A DNA stretch of 64,000 bases from Camelus ferus (lineage: Eukaryota). Made by a program: the position numbers and the translations under genes. Below the pieces are notes generated by a model, which was given only the letters and a program-made list of their open reading frames with translations, did no database searches and had not been told where the DNA came from. Shown piece by piece: positions 1-11,973 of this stretch (position 1 is the first letter of the stretch; every line of letters starts with the position of its first letter). The DNA lies in the NCBI RefSeq assembly GCF_009834535.1, contig NC_045705.1, forward strand, positions 31,000,001-31,064,000, in the 5' to 3' direction.

Positions 1-3000
1 ACATTGTATATACTATTACACAACCTACTTTTTTCACATATAACTATTATAAACATTTTTTTGTAAGCCACATATACTTAAGAATCAGAGTCAGAACTGG
101 CCTAAAGCCTGACTTTGCCAATAAGATCCTTATCTGTATGTCACAACCAATGAATATAATATTTATTTGACAAAGCCAACATAATTATTAAATCCTCTGA
201 AATTTCTTTTTTTAAAAAATGGCTCATAGAGTTGAACAGTAGTAGATGAGTTGGGCTCTTTGTTCTCCTTCCTTTCCCTGATCTGCCATCTCATCTCCTG
301 CTAAGTTTTATAATCTTTCCATATGACTATATAAACATCTAAACCAGAGGTCATCTCACCTGAGGTATCCCATTTTGGAGGTGCTCAGGTGAGGCAGACA
401 GGGAATGCAAAATACATTAAAAAAAAAAAATCTTTCCCTACTTCCTCCCAAAATGCCTATTAAATATTCCCTTTCTCCTCCCCATAGAACTCTCTATTTG
501 GGTGGGGGTAGGAGGAGTAGGAATCTCATTCTGTCTTTAGCTCCTCCTGTTTCCTTGGCAGCACTGTCAGTACTGGGCAACTAAATTGCTGGATGTAGCA
601 AGAGCAATTTACATATAGTAGCTAAGCTAATGTGCAGATTTCTCTGGGCAGAACTGCTAACTCTTCTATGTATCCTTCTAATTTGAACCCAATGTTCCAG
701 GCATATCAATGTTAAATATTTGCCTAGTGGCTTCTACCTTCAAAAACACAGGAAACCATGCACAAAAGTCAGAGGCAGCAAAGGTTCCCTCCCCACTGTG
801 CGGAAAAGTGGAGGCTCTCAAGACACAGAGGGCTATAGGCCCTGAGATACTGACAAAGTACCTAATCCAAACACAAGGGCTCAATCATTCTGCTTTCCCA
901 TAATATTCACGTATCACTTGCTGAAATTTGGCATGTTGAACGACCACTGGTTCCGCCTTAGTTTCACTGCCCTGCCATAAGGCCAAATCTGTCTCATCTA
1001 GTGAGTCACTACTGCTCCTCTCTCCAACTGCATTTTGATTTCAGCCCACTTGTGCAGCTCATCAGGGCTGCACCATATGTTAGTATCATGTAGGCAGAAT
1101 GTGACTAATTTTTTTCTAAAACACTGTCAGAGTTACTTTTTAAATTACCTTATAATCTTGATGTCTCTGAGGAGTCATTTCTGTAATATATAACCTTCTG
1201 GAAATGACTTTATAATTATTCTTCTAAAAGCTCAAAGGAGATTCTTCAGCATTTTCATTCCCATTTTCCAGATGAGGGAACTAAAGTAAAGAGACTGAGT
1301 GACCTAGGTTCCACAATCAGTATGTAACACTTGTACTTTCTGGAGTCACAGCACTCTATTTGGTAAAATAAACCAGATTATAAAATGCTCTTTTTTTTGG
1401 AGGGGGTATTCAAAATATAACTTTGATTTATTTTCTAAGGTGATTATTAAACTTTAGGTATGACAACTACTTGGAATTTGCAGACTGACTGTGATGACTA
1501 AATGGTCTCATGATATCCATTTGAGTAGCTTTAAAAGAAAAGGATTGAATGAGCCATTGACCACAAATTTTTTCTAAGGCAGAGAGAATAAATGGGTGAA
1601 ACTAACATTTTGAGAGTAAAAAAATATGTATCTGACTTGCAGATTCAGTACCATCACCATATTCCCTAAAAATAAAAAAGGAGGGGCTACTCCTGCCTAC
1701 TCTAGGCAACGTGCCTCTTCTCCAGCAATAATGGTTGCTGGGTTTGATAATTAAGCTTATCTCAAGAGGTTTCTTCAATATTCCCTTTGAGACCACATGT
1801 TCCTTCCAGTAACTGTGTGGGATGGTACAATGACTGAATTGCATTAAGATCTTTCTGTCCACTAATAATACTCTTCAGTAAATAATATCACTTGCAAAAT
1901 ATAAAAAGGGAATCTTAACAATATGAAAACTGCACATGCCCTTTGAATCCAGGAATTCAGCAATTCCAGTAACAGAAATACAACCTCCAAATAAACTTGT
2001 ATCTGATGTACACAAAGTATCCAAAGGGGCATTCATAGGAACATTGTTTATAACAGCAAAAACTGGAAACATATATGCCCATTAGCTGGGTGCTGGTTAA
2101 ATAAACCAGAGACACAACAGAACACTGTAGCTATTAAAGAGAATTAGGCTGTTCCAATGTACCACTAAGGACTGATCAGGAAGATGTATTTGGAGAAGAA
2201 AGGATTTACACATGGCTTGTACATAGAGTATCTCAGGAAGGATAAAGAAAAACTGCTAATAAAGTTGTAGAAGTAAAATAATGACTGAATTGTTTACATA
2301 TGTTACCTATTCCACTGAACTTTTTTTAAAGAAAATTCTTAAAACAACGAGGGACAAAGTAAAGAAAAATCCCAACTAATGCTGTTACCAAATAAGCACT
2401 TTGCTTTTGTATTTTTTCCCTGCTTTTGCCAGAAATTTTTGTGTGGAAACAGCTAATGTCCAAGTGAACCAGCAGTATACCGACCACATATGAGCTGAGT
2501 AACTATATTATCCCATTTGAAATTATCACAGCAACTCAACTGATGTTCATACAGCTTGGACTGCAAACCTTATAGCTGGCCTATTTACAAAGTTTGGAGC
2601 TATTTTCAATCACTCAGCTGTATATACACGTACATTTTCTTCAATCAACCTTTCCTGCCAGGCAAAGTGCAACATTAGCTGGATTCCAGTAAGGAAGGCA
2701 AGGGACAGGGTGAGATAATATGTCAAAACAAGTTCTATAAATACAGCTTTTGGCCTAGTATCTCAAAAAGGAATCAAAACAGCTTCAAGCTTAAGTAGAA
2801 AAATCCTACAGTACTGCACTACCTTACTTGAAGGCTCTAAAGAACAGAAGAGGCCAGGGATCTGGAATCTTGTTTCTCACTATATCTTGTCTCTCCCTCC
2901 CTAATCTCAGAGGGAGGTTAAAATCAAATTGTAGGTATCATTCCAAGTCAGTATATCCCCACCTCTTTTCTTATCTTATCCCCACACTACCAAATACATC

Positions 3001-4469
3001 AATATCCTCTCACTGTGCTCATGTGAACTCTTAGGCCAGCATGCCCCATATACACAACATACAACAACTCTTCCACAGTACCCAGCATCTAACTTCTACC
3101 ATCTCCAAAATCCTTGACCAAGCAGCCAGGAACCCTGCATGTACCATCTGCCTCAACCTCATCCCGAACACATGGGCACTCAAGCAAGATGCTTCCATAT
3201 GGTCTTGTCTCAGGGGGTTTGTCCTGTTCTGTTGAAACGCAGGAAACTTTACTCAATCTCTCTCTGTTCTTCATGTTATAATTCTACAAAACCAGAAACT
3301 GCTTCTTTACATGGAGATGCTTCCTTAGTTAGGTTTTATGCCAGGAAGTACAAAACCTTACACCTTTGTTTCAGCCAATCAAGGTGTATGTTCAGTATGG
3401 CTTGATTCATCCCAAAGGATACACAGCCTTGGGGCAAATTCTAAATATCTCTTTCATATTGTCACTTTTTAAAAAAATGACTTCAATTATCATGCTTTCA
3501 TCACTCTCAAATTGTGCTCCTAAAAGTGCTTCTCACATTTAAATACCCATTTACATGATCTCCGTCACCTCCTTCAAATCACTCCTTAAAAAAAACCCAC
3601 TGTTGCACAAAATTAAACTTGTCAGTGCTTTGATTTCATTTTTACAAAAACAAGCTCTTTATAAAGTGGGAGATCTATCCATCAAAAGTGCACATAGTGA
3701 ACATCCACTCTATACCTAGAACTAGAGAAAGTACAAAAGACCCAATCCTTGTTCTTATTTATTCAAAAGATATGACTTACACAAAAAACAAAAAACAAAA
3801 CAAAACAAAACAAAGAACAGGATACATACATAGAAAAGTATATATAGCAAGGAAAAGTCTGTCATCAATTTGGGTAACAATTACCTCAGGAGAGCTGATT
3901 CTTATTTCCCTGTCTAAATCAAACTTTTGTGCTATTTAATCTCACTATTTTAGACAAAATAACATTTTTGCTACCCTCCACTGAAATCACTCGGCCTACC
4001 AATAATTCTCCCAACATCATTTCTTTTGAACACATCTCCCTGTTATCCTGTTACACCCACACAGATTACAGCTAATGGATTAGGCAAAATCTGCTAGTCC
4101 TCCCTTCCCATGCTCCCTCATAAGAGCATCTCCTAAAGATGTGCAGTGCAGGGACCAAGAGTTAAAGAAGCTAAAATTAACTCTGCTTTCTATATCTTCT
4201 ATAAACAGTCTGGCACTACCAGAAATAAACTACTAATTTGGGGTATGCCCTGTAGACCTATTTGCCTTTCAGCTCTTTATCATCAATAAATGAATTAGCT
4301 GACAGTGCCCTGCAAAACCAAAGTCATATACAGTAGTCATCTGCAGAAGGAAATTCTAAATTAAACTGAGTTAGACTGACTTGTGATTCAATAATCCCCA
4401 AATAAAATATAGACTATGTTAATAAAATTAATAGTCAAATACTTACTGTAAGCCTATAATATGTCTTAC

Positions 4470-4700
4470 AGTCCAGACTCTGGAGTCACACCACTGCTTT
4501 CTAATTTCAGTTTTGAGATTACCAGCCAGGTTTAGCTTTGGGTAAATTGTTTAACTTCTTTACACCTGTTTCTTCATCTGACAAATGGTTACAGTAACTG
4601 TATCTACTCTAGACGATGTTTATAGAATTTTAAGAGTTATGTAAAGCATTTAAACGGTGCCTGGTACACAGAAGGTGCTCGATAAATTTTTGCTATCATT
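4470..4700 (+). mobile_element. MIR SINE
   Basis: ctttgggtaaattgtttaacttct...tcttcatctgacaaatgg...gtaaagcattt...gtgcctggtacacag. Confidence 0.65.
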
Positions 4701-7079
4701 GTTATTCCAGGCACTAAGGTTGGTGTCTATGGTGGGAGAGGGTGAGTCCCCAAAAGTTTTCTTTCACAAGATGATTCTCTTCAAAATAGAGAACCTAAGA
4801 TTATACAGAAATATTTCGTATTAGAAGGGGAGGGAGGGATTAAGTTAAGAGAGCAATGACGGGCTGACAGATCTTCAGCCTCCAACTGGGTCTGTTAACG
4901 TCCAGTGAAAGTGTACCCTTCATTACGAAATAGTGAACCACTTGTTGTAAGAGCACGTATTTATTAATAAACATTTATTTATTAGTCTCGTCATTCCAAA
5001 AAGGATTTGTAGAAGCTTTCAAAATGCATACAATGAAAAAATACAAACTAATAAAATGATACCAGGGAAATTACAAATGTTTTTAAAAGATCAAGAACAA
5101 AAGGAAAGCTGACAAAGAGATGTGCTAACCATGGTGTCCTTTACTAAGGTTGAGCTGCCACTGATTTTACTCTCCAATGACAGTCCCTAAAGAGGATATA
5201 TAGCGATTCATGGTATAAATGAGAAAATGTTGGTAGGATGGTAAAACGAGAGGGGCACTAATTTGCCAAGATGGGGAAAGTGAAGCCAATTTAATGCCAC
5301 ACACAACAGAATTTTAGAAAGTCATTAAGTATGCAGGATCCATGAGAGACTCAGCACCAGGTCCTAGGCCCTAAACAAACACAGAACTTGAAGCCAACAA
5401 TGGACAAGACTCTTAGGTGATTCAAAGGCAGAATACACCAGCAAATGGTCACATGGAACTCTGCAACCAGACCACACAGCCACAGAAGAAGCTGCCTCAG
5501 TGGATGTATTTATCCACCATTTAAAGTTCTTTACTCTCCTCATCGGCCACAGTTACAAATATGTGCAGAGAACTGTCTCATTCTTACTCAGCTGACAAGT
5601 TCTATTCCCAACTCTGCATGCTTATGACTCATGGGGGGTGGGGGAGGGGAGTAAAAGGAAAGTGTAAAACAAAGAAACCAACTTGAATTTAGACTTAAGT
5701 TGACCAAGAGTTGAGGAATTCACTTCTGTCTAATTAGAATATCTCATAACAAAACAAGTACCCCTTACTTAAATACACAACAAACCCAATATTCTTTGGA
5801 AATAGCCTGAAATCTGTCAACATGTCATGCCCCGTTCTATTCCTTAAATAGACATGATACCAAAAAACATTACAAGCCCTTTGCAAGGCTAAGCTTTACA
5901 AAGCACTCTGAATCAGCACAAACAGCAGAGGCCACTGCAAAGCCCAAAGCAAAGGGGCATTTCCTACAGTTTCTTTCCCAGCAAAAGGCAAAGGGAAGAG
6001 GCTTAGCCCCTACTGCACCTTCTTCCAAAAAAGATGTGTATGAGATCATTTCTTAAGAGGGTAGAGGTGTCTCAGCCTTTTCTACTCAAATCTTGTATCA
6101 GCAAATTTGAGTGCCAGGAAAGGAATTCACTTCCACCCCTAAGAACTGAGCTTTGTGACCAGTGAAATACAAAAGGAAAAAAAAAAACCACTACTACTTT
6201 AATAAGTTTCTAAGAGAACCCAAAGATCATTTCTGATACTCTATTAACCAGTTTGGCATTCTCTCCCTATGTTTTGTTAAATAATACAAATCTTGCCTCC
6301 TCACTCCATCCCCAAGATTCTGAAACACTATTGTTTATAATTAACAAAACAAAACAAAAAGGACAAACAGGTCACCTCTTTAACTTGAAAGCCTCAGTCC
6401 TCCACAGAAATGTACACAGACAGACAGACGCATGCACGTAAGAACACAAAACTGCAACCCCTGGCTGAGCCCTGAGCAGGCCTGAGCTGGCCTGGGTACA
6501 CGGGGAAGCCACCCGGCGAAGCTAGTGGGCTGCTCCTGCTGTTGCTGTACAAATATAGAAAGCTGAAAAGTGGAACAGCAGCTTCAGCAGAACAGATCCT
6601 GCTCCATGCTCAGAGAAGGAGGAGCAGAGACCTGAACAGCTTTACCCATACATGGCTGCTGAAAGGGGGCCATTAGTGAAAGCCCAATTATCTCACACAC
6701 ATGCACTGTGTTCACATGCTCCAGACAAAAAACAGAAACGCACAGGCTGGTACTTGAAGAAAGGTTTGAGATGCTATTTCAATCTAGGAACCTCCCAATA
6801 ATTTCAATCATTTACACCAAGAATCCCTCTGCCACAGGAAACAAAAAAGATACTGTGAAAACTTTACTAGGTCATATTCTTATCAGATCAACAGCAGCCA
6901 TGAGGCTTAATTTATCGTTTACATTCTGCAATTGAACAAGCAAAAAGGATTATTCCGCATTTGTGTGAATGATCCTAACCTTTACTGGCCCTTAGCTGTT
7001 TTCAGAATGAAGGTCTTATTCCAATTCAAACTATGTTTTGGGTCTCTTTTTTTCCTAATTTACAAGTTAAAATAAATTC

Positions 7080-7232
7080 TGATATACACAGGGAACTATA
7101 TTCAATATCTTATAGTAACCTACAATGAAAAAGAATATGAAAATGAATATATGTATGTATGTATGTCTGAAATGTGCTGTACACCAGAAATTGACACAAC
7201 ATTGTAAACTGACTATACTTCAATTTTTAAAA
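7080..7232 (+). mobile_element. 5'-truncated L1 3' end (cetartiodactyl type)
   Basis: acagggaactatattcaatatctt...tgtacaccagaaattgacacaacattgtaaactgactatacttcaatt. Confidence 0.75.
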
Positions 7233-10200
7233 ATGGGAAAAACAAAACAAAACAGAAATTCTGATATAAATTTCTAAATATATTTCCCAGGATGCTGGCT
7301 TATATAATCAGAAGCCAAATGTTTATGTTCCAAAAATTACCATGCTTAGAACAATTCATTCAGATTCATCTCAATGAGAAATATATAAAAGCTTAATTTC
7401 TGGAGAGACTGAACACTCCACGAAGATAAGAAATGCACAATGGATGGGCTCAAATGATTCTATAATTTAGCTCTTAATGAATCAACCAAGTGATTACTGT
7501 GCACTGTCTATATATTTGCTCAGTATCACAGGGGGCTACAGTACAAACATAAGCCATGGTATCACTGATCGCCAATATTATAACCTAATCACTGGATAAG
7601 AGTAAGACATGATACATCAACTATACCTCAATTACAAAAAGAGAGAAAAGAGAGAGAGAAGATTAACACATGAGATAATAAAGGCTGATAGTACATGACT
7701 AGTACTAAAGTGTGGGGTACAAACTATAAACACTATGCAAATTAAGAGAAAGAGACTGAGGACAGACAGACCTAGATCTTGCATGAGTCCCATCTACCAG
7801 GACACCTGCAATTATCTTAAATATGAGGACACAGGATTTGGACTAGATGATTTTTAAGATCCCCCCATTTCTGAAATTCTGAGTCTATAATTTTAAAACG
7901 TAAAGTAATTTAAACCTAAAATGTTTCACAGTAGTATGAGATTAATACCACAATGCTTACAGAAGCAAAATTAGTTTTTGCCCACTTTAGAGAAAATATA
8001 TTCTAACAAAAAGATAAACATTAATTCAGACCATAATTCAGCCCCGACTCTAACATCTCTCACATTTAACACTTTCAGGAAAATATTCTTCCATTTCAGA
8101 AATCTCTGCCTCCCCTTTTGATGAAATTTTACACCCCCATTAAAAGAAAAAGGGGGTGTGGGGGGGAAACCACCTGCCACAGGCAGACAAAATGGTGGGC
8201 CTAGAAATGGTGATGCCGAGTACCTTGAGATCCTTGATTACAAAACTCGGTAAGTCATCCAGTTATGAAGAGTAGCCCTAGGAAAGAGAGCATCGCCCAG
8301 CTCCTTCCCATCACTGAAATGTCTGCTGTATAGGTATGAACAATCCCCCATCCTATGGGACATACTCAGACATAGTAGGTAACACCCCAGCATCACGTTT
8401 TTCCCTAAAACTTAAAAAAAGAAAACCCTTCAAGTTCTTAAAATATAATTGTCCACCACAATTATTTTACTTTAGTATATTTTTATTGGCAAACTAACCA
8501 TTTGAAATTTTCTCTTTGCCCCTTGTAAGGTAATGCAGTAATGAATAAAGATGCCATTACAGCAAACCTGATCTCTCAATCCCACCAGCTAGGTCTCCTA
8601 CTGCAAGGCAGAGCCTTGTCCACACCCTCTTTGTGCTGAAAAAGAAAGGAACACAGCAGGATTTCAGCATGTAAAAGCATTTACATGTCCCACAAAACAG
8701 ACATGCAAGTGCTCAACATTCCATTTAAAACTTAACTGTGTTGGTGGCTTGTATATTTAATTCTTCTGAGCAGGCCTCTTATAGCAACTTTGATTTCCCA
8801 AAGCTTAGTTTATTGTGGATTAATACGCTATTTTTTGGACGACATCACAGCTTTAATTACCTATTCAGATTACTTATGTGAAAATAAACAATACAATGCA
8901 AAAGACAACAATCATACATACCAAGGATGATTAAAATACAACCACAAAATCAAAATGGCTATAAACACCTACAGTATGGCCTTTGGCAAGTCATTTCTTT
9001 CCTATTACCTGCTTCTTCAAGTGAAAAATGGTATTAGACCAGATCAAAAATCCTTATCTAGAGTCCACAGACCTACAGAATTCATGGATAGTTCATGGAT
9101 TCCACAAATTCCCCTATATTATGTGCAAATTTTTACATTAAAATGTTAAATATACTTATGTATTTATTTAATTTACATTTTAGGGAAATGAGTCCACAGC
9201 TTTTTATTAGATTTTCAAAAGGGTCCACAATCCAAAACAGGTTTAAGAACCAAAGACTGAACAATATATAGTTTGTTCCATCTCTAACATCCTGTCATCT
9301 CCTCCTGGACTTCCTAGTCCAAAACGGAGGGAATCTTCATAACTAAACCTAGTCAAGAATAAACAAGTCACCCTGGCCAAGAAATTATTCAAAATCATGT
9401 ATTCCAATTCAGATTGAATCTACATTGTTTTTAGATGACAGACTAACATCACAACGCTTTTTAAAAATTTTTTTTCAAGCTCTGTATACCAACCATACTT
9501 CAATTAAAAAAAAAAAAAAAAAGCCTAGTACAACAACTGGCTTGGGGTTGGGGGGGGGGGGTGGATTTTTTTCCCAAGCCAGTTTTACTACTACAGCTCA
9601 TCTCAGGGGGTTTACATGAGAGTAGAATTCCACAGATGTGCTTAGGGATACCCCACTAGATAGTTCCTCTCTTACCAGGTGTCTTTTTTTTTTTTTTTTA
9701 GAAGGTAAGGCTTCCAGTTTCCTACTTTTAATTCCATCCTGTAGCAAAGAAAGTAATACGAGACAGGTAGAGTGGGAAAAAAACTAGAGCATGGAAGATT
9801 TGACTAAAGGAGACTGATAACAGGCAAACAAAAAAGTTACCTATCCTGTTAGCATAAGGTCATATATAAGAATGGCCACTGCCTAATATCTCAATTTGTA
9901 AAAAGTGTATTAGATAACAGAAAAAACCAGCCTTCCTCTAAGACAATAAAAGAAAAAAATGTGTCTGTTACTGATCCATTTTAGCCTAAAATTTTTAGGT
10001 TCTCATGGCAACCCAAGTTATCACACTGCACATACTGTATATAAAGCACATATTTAGAGGCTTAACTAGTAAAACTCAAAATGTGACATATGTGCAATGT
10101 GGGCGACAATATTATTCTGGGAACTTTAACTTTAAAATCTTCCAACTTTTATTTTGCAGCCTCAAAGATGATATAATAGAATCAACTATGCAGAAGGTGC

Positions 10201-11850
10201 AAGCTCAAGGAAGAGGTACAAAGAATATAAATAGAAGCAAAGAGATGAAAGACAAGAAAAATCAGGCTATCAGAAAGTTTCTGAACATGGCTCTCCCCTA
10301 CTGTGAATCAACCTGTAAATGGAGGCTTAAAAAACAAGACTGCTAGTGAGGACATATAAGAAGATAGTATTTGGGACACTCTTTAATGTGCACCCAGTCA
10401 AAAGAGGACATAGCCACAGACTAGACCCTTTGGTAAAAAGTGGCACTGACTACAAGGCAGCCAGGATAGACTGCTGTTTTGTTTCTCCCTCTCTTTCAGG
10501 AGCTCATTGAATATGGCTGTTTAGAATTAAGAAGCAGTATTAGAGTCAAAAGGATGGCTGTGGGGCATAGGAGTTGATGAAGAAGGATCAGACTTTAAGA
10601 AGGGGAGAGGAGAGGGAGACAGCAGTCTTTTATGTCACATCATGTCTCACTAAGGAACTAAATAAAGATGTAACGTCCAGTTTTCTCAGCTACTAAATGA
10701 CTGGTGGGAGGGATACCTCCACCTATCTGCCCATTGGAACTCCATTATAATCCATACACTTCTTTTTAAAGACTTGAAGATGCTATGAGTGCTACCTACC
10801 TTAAAACCACATTTCCAAGCCACTTCTATTAGGATTAAATTACTCCTACTTTTCAACAAGAAACAGGTAAACAGTTTAGATCAGGTATACAAATAATATC
10901 TTACCAGGGCAGGAAAAAAACATGCCCATTTTTTCTTTACTCAAAGGTAAGAATTTCTAGAATGAGACACTGAATTTGCATGACTAATTTAGTTAAAACG
11001 TATACTACCACATGAAAGAGAGTGGTTACAAAAACAAATTATTTCATTATTGTTATGAGACTGAGTCTCAAAAAGCAAAAAAAGTACAGAATAGCATAGA
11101 ATTTATAGACTGGTAGCCCAGACCTGTCCTACCACCTAATAGCTGGATGCCCCAACAAGTCACTGTCAACACTGAGGTTCCTCCTGACCTCAACGTTTCT
11201 TATCTACAAAATGGTAAGGATACAACCATCTCTCCCTCTCTCATTCCCTCCCTCCCTGTCTGCCCCTGTCTGTCTCTTTCTCACTCCCCTTCCCTAAAAT
11301 GTGAAATCTAACGGCTATTTCTGTCATTACATTGTAATTCAGCATACCTTTCTATCAAGAAAAACTTTGTACAATGAAATTTAATGCAAAAACTCACTGG
11401 TCAAATTAAAAACCAGAATAGGAACAAAATAATAAATATGTTCTGAAGTAAATGAGGGAATAGGGTTCTGGGTTGTTCTTTCAGAGCCAGACCACACCTG
11501 CTAATGACTAAACTATTTGATTACCTTAATTACCTTGGCTGCATAACAAGAAGTGCTGGTGGTCATGAAATTCCAGAATATTAAAAATTCAGCCACATTT
11601 TCATTATAGCATTCTCTACTGTGTTGAAGTCAAGACAGCAAAAGACTGCCAACAGCATTTTCACTTTAATTCTCTGGTAAGACAAAAAGAAAAATTAATA
11701 TTGGAGCCAAATTCTCCATTTTTAAATACGGTAAATTCTTTGAGGAAAAAATATCTCTGGTTATAAGAAACTGAAAACATTTCTGTGTAACTTACTAGAA
11801 AGTATGCATTTCTGTTTTGCTTAAAAGGTATTAAAAAAAAAAACAACCCT

Positions 11851-11973
11851 GGGGAGGTATAGCTCAGTGGTCAAGCGCATCCTGCTCAAGGTCCTGAGTT
11901 CAATCCGCAGTACCTCCATTAAATAAATAAACCAAATTACCTTCCCCTAAAGAGAAAGAAAAAAGAAAAAAAA
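11851..11973 (+). mobile_element. tRNA-derived SINE (Vic-1-like)
   Basis: ggggaggtatagctcagtgg...ggtcctgagttcaatccgcagtacctccattaaataaataaacc; A and B boxes; internal deletion. Confidence 0.85.

Noticed and set aside
6540-6660. CArG-like CCATACATGG (6646-6655) and MEF2-like AT tract suggesting a muscle enhancer
   Set aside because: Both deviate from consensus; not supportable without conservation or chromatin data
9841-9937. Another acceptor/donor pair in CELF1 intron 1 (97 nt)
   Set aside because: U-rich, intron-like interior and moderate donor; most likely a pseudo-exon
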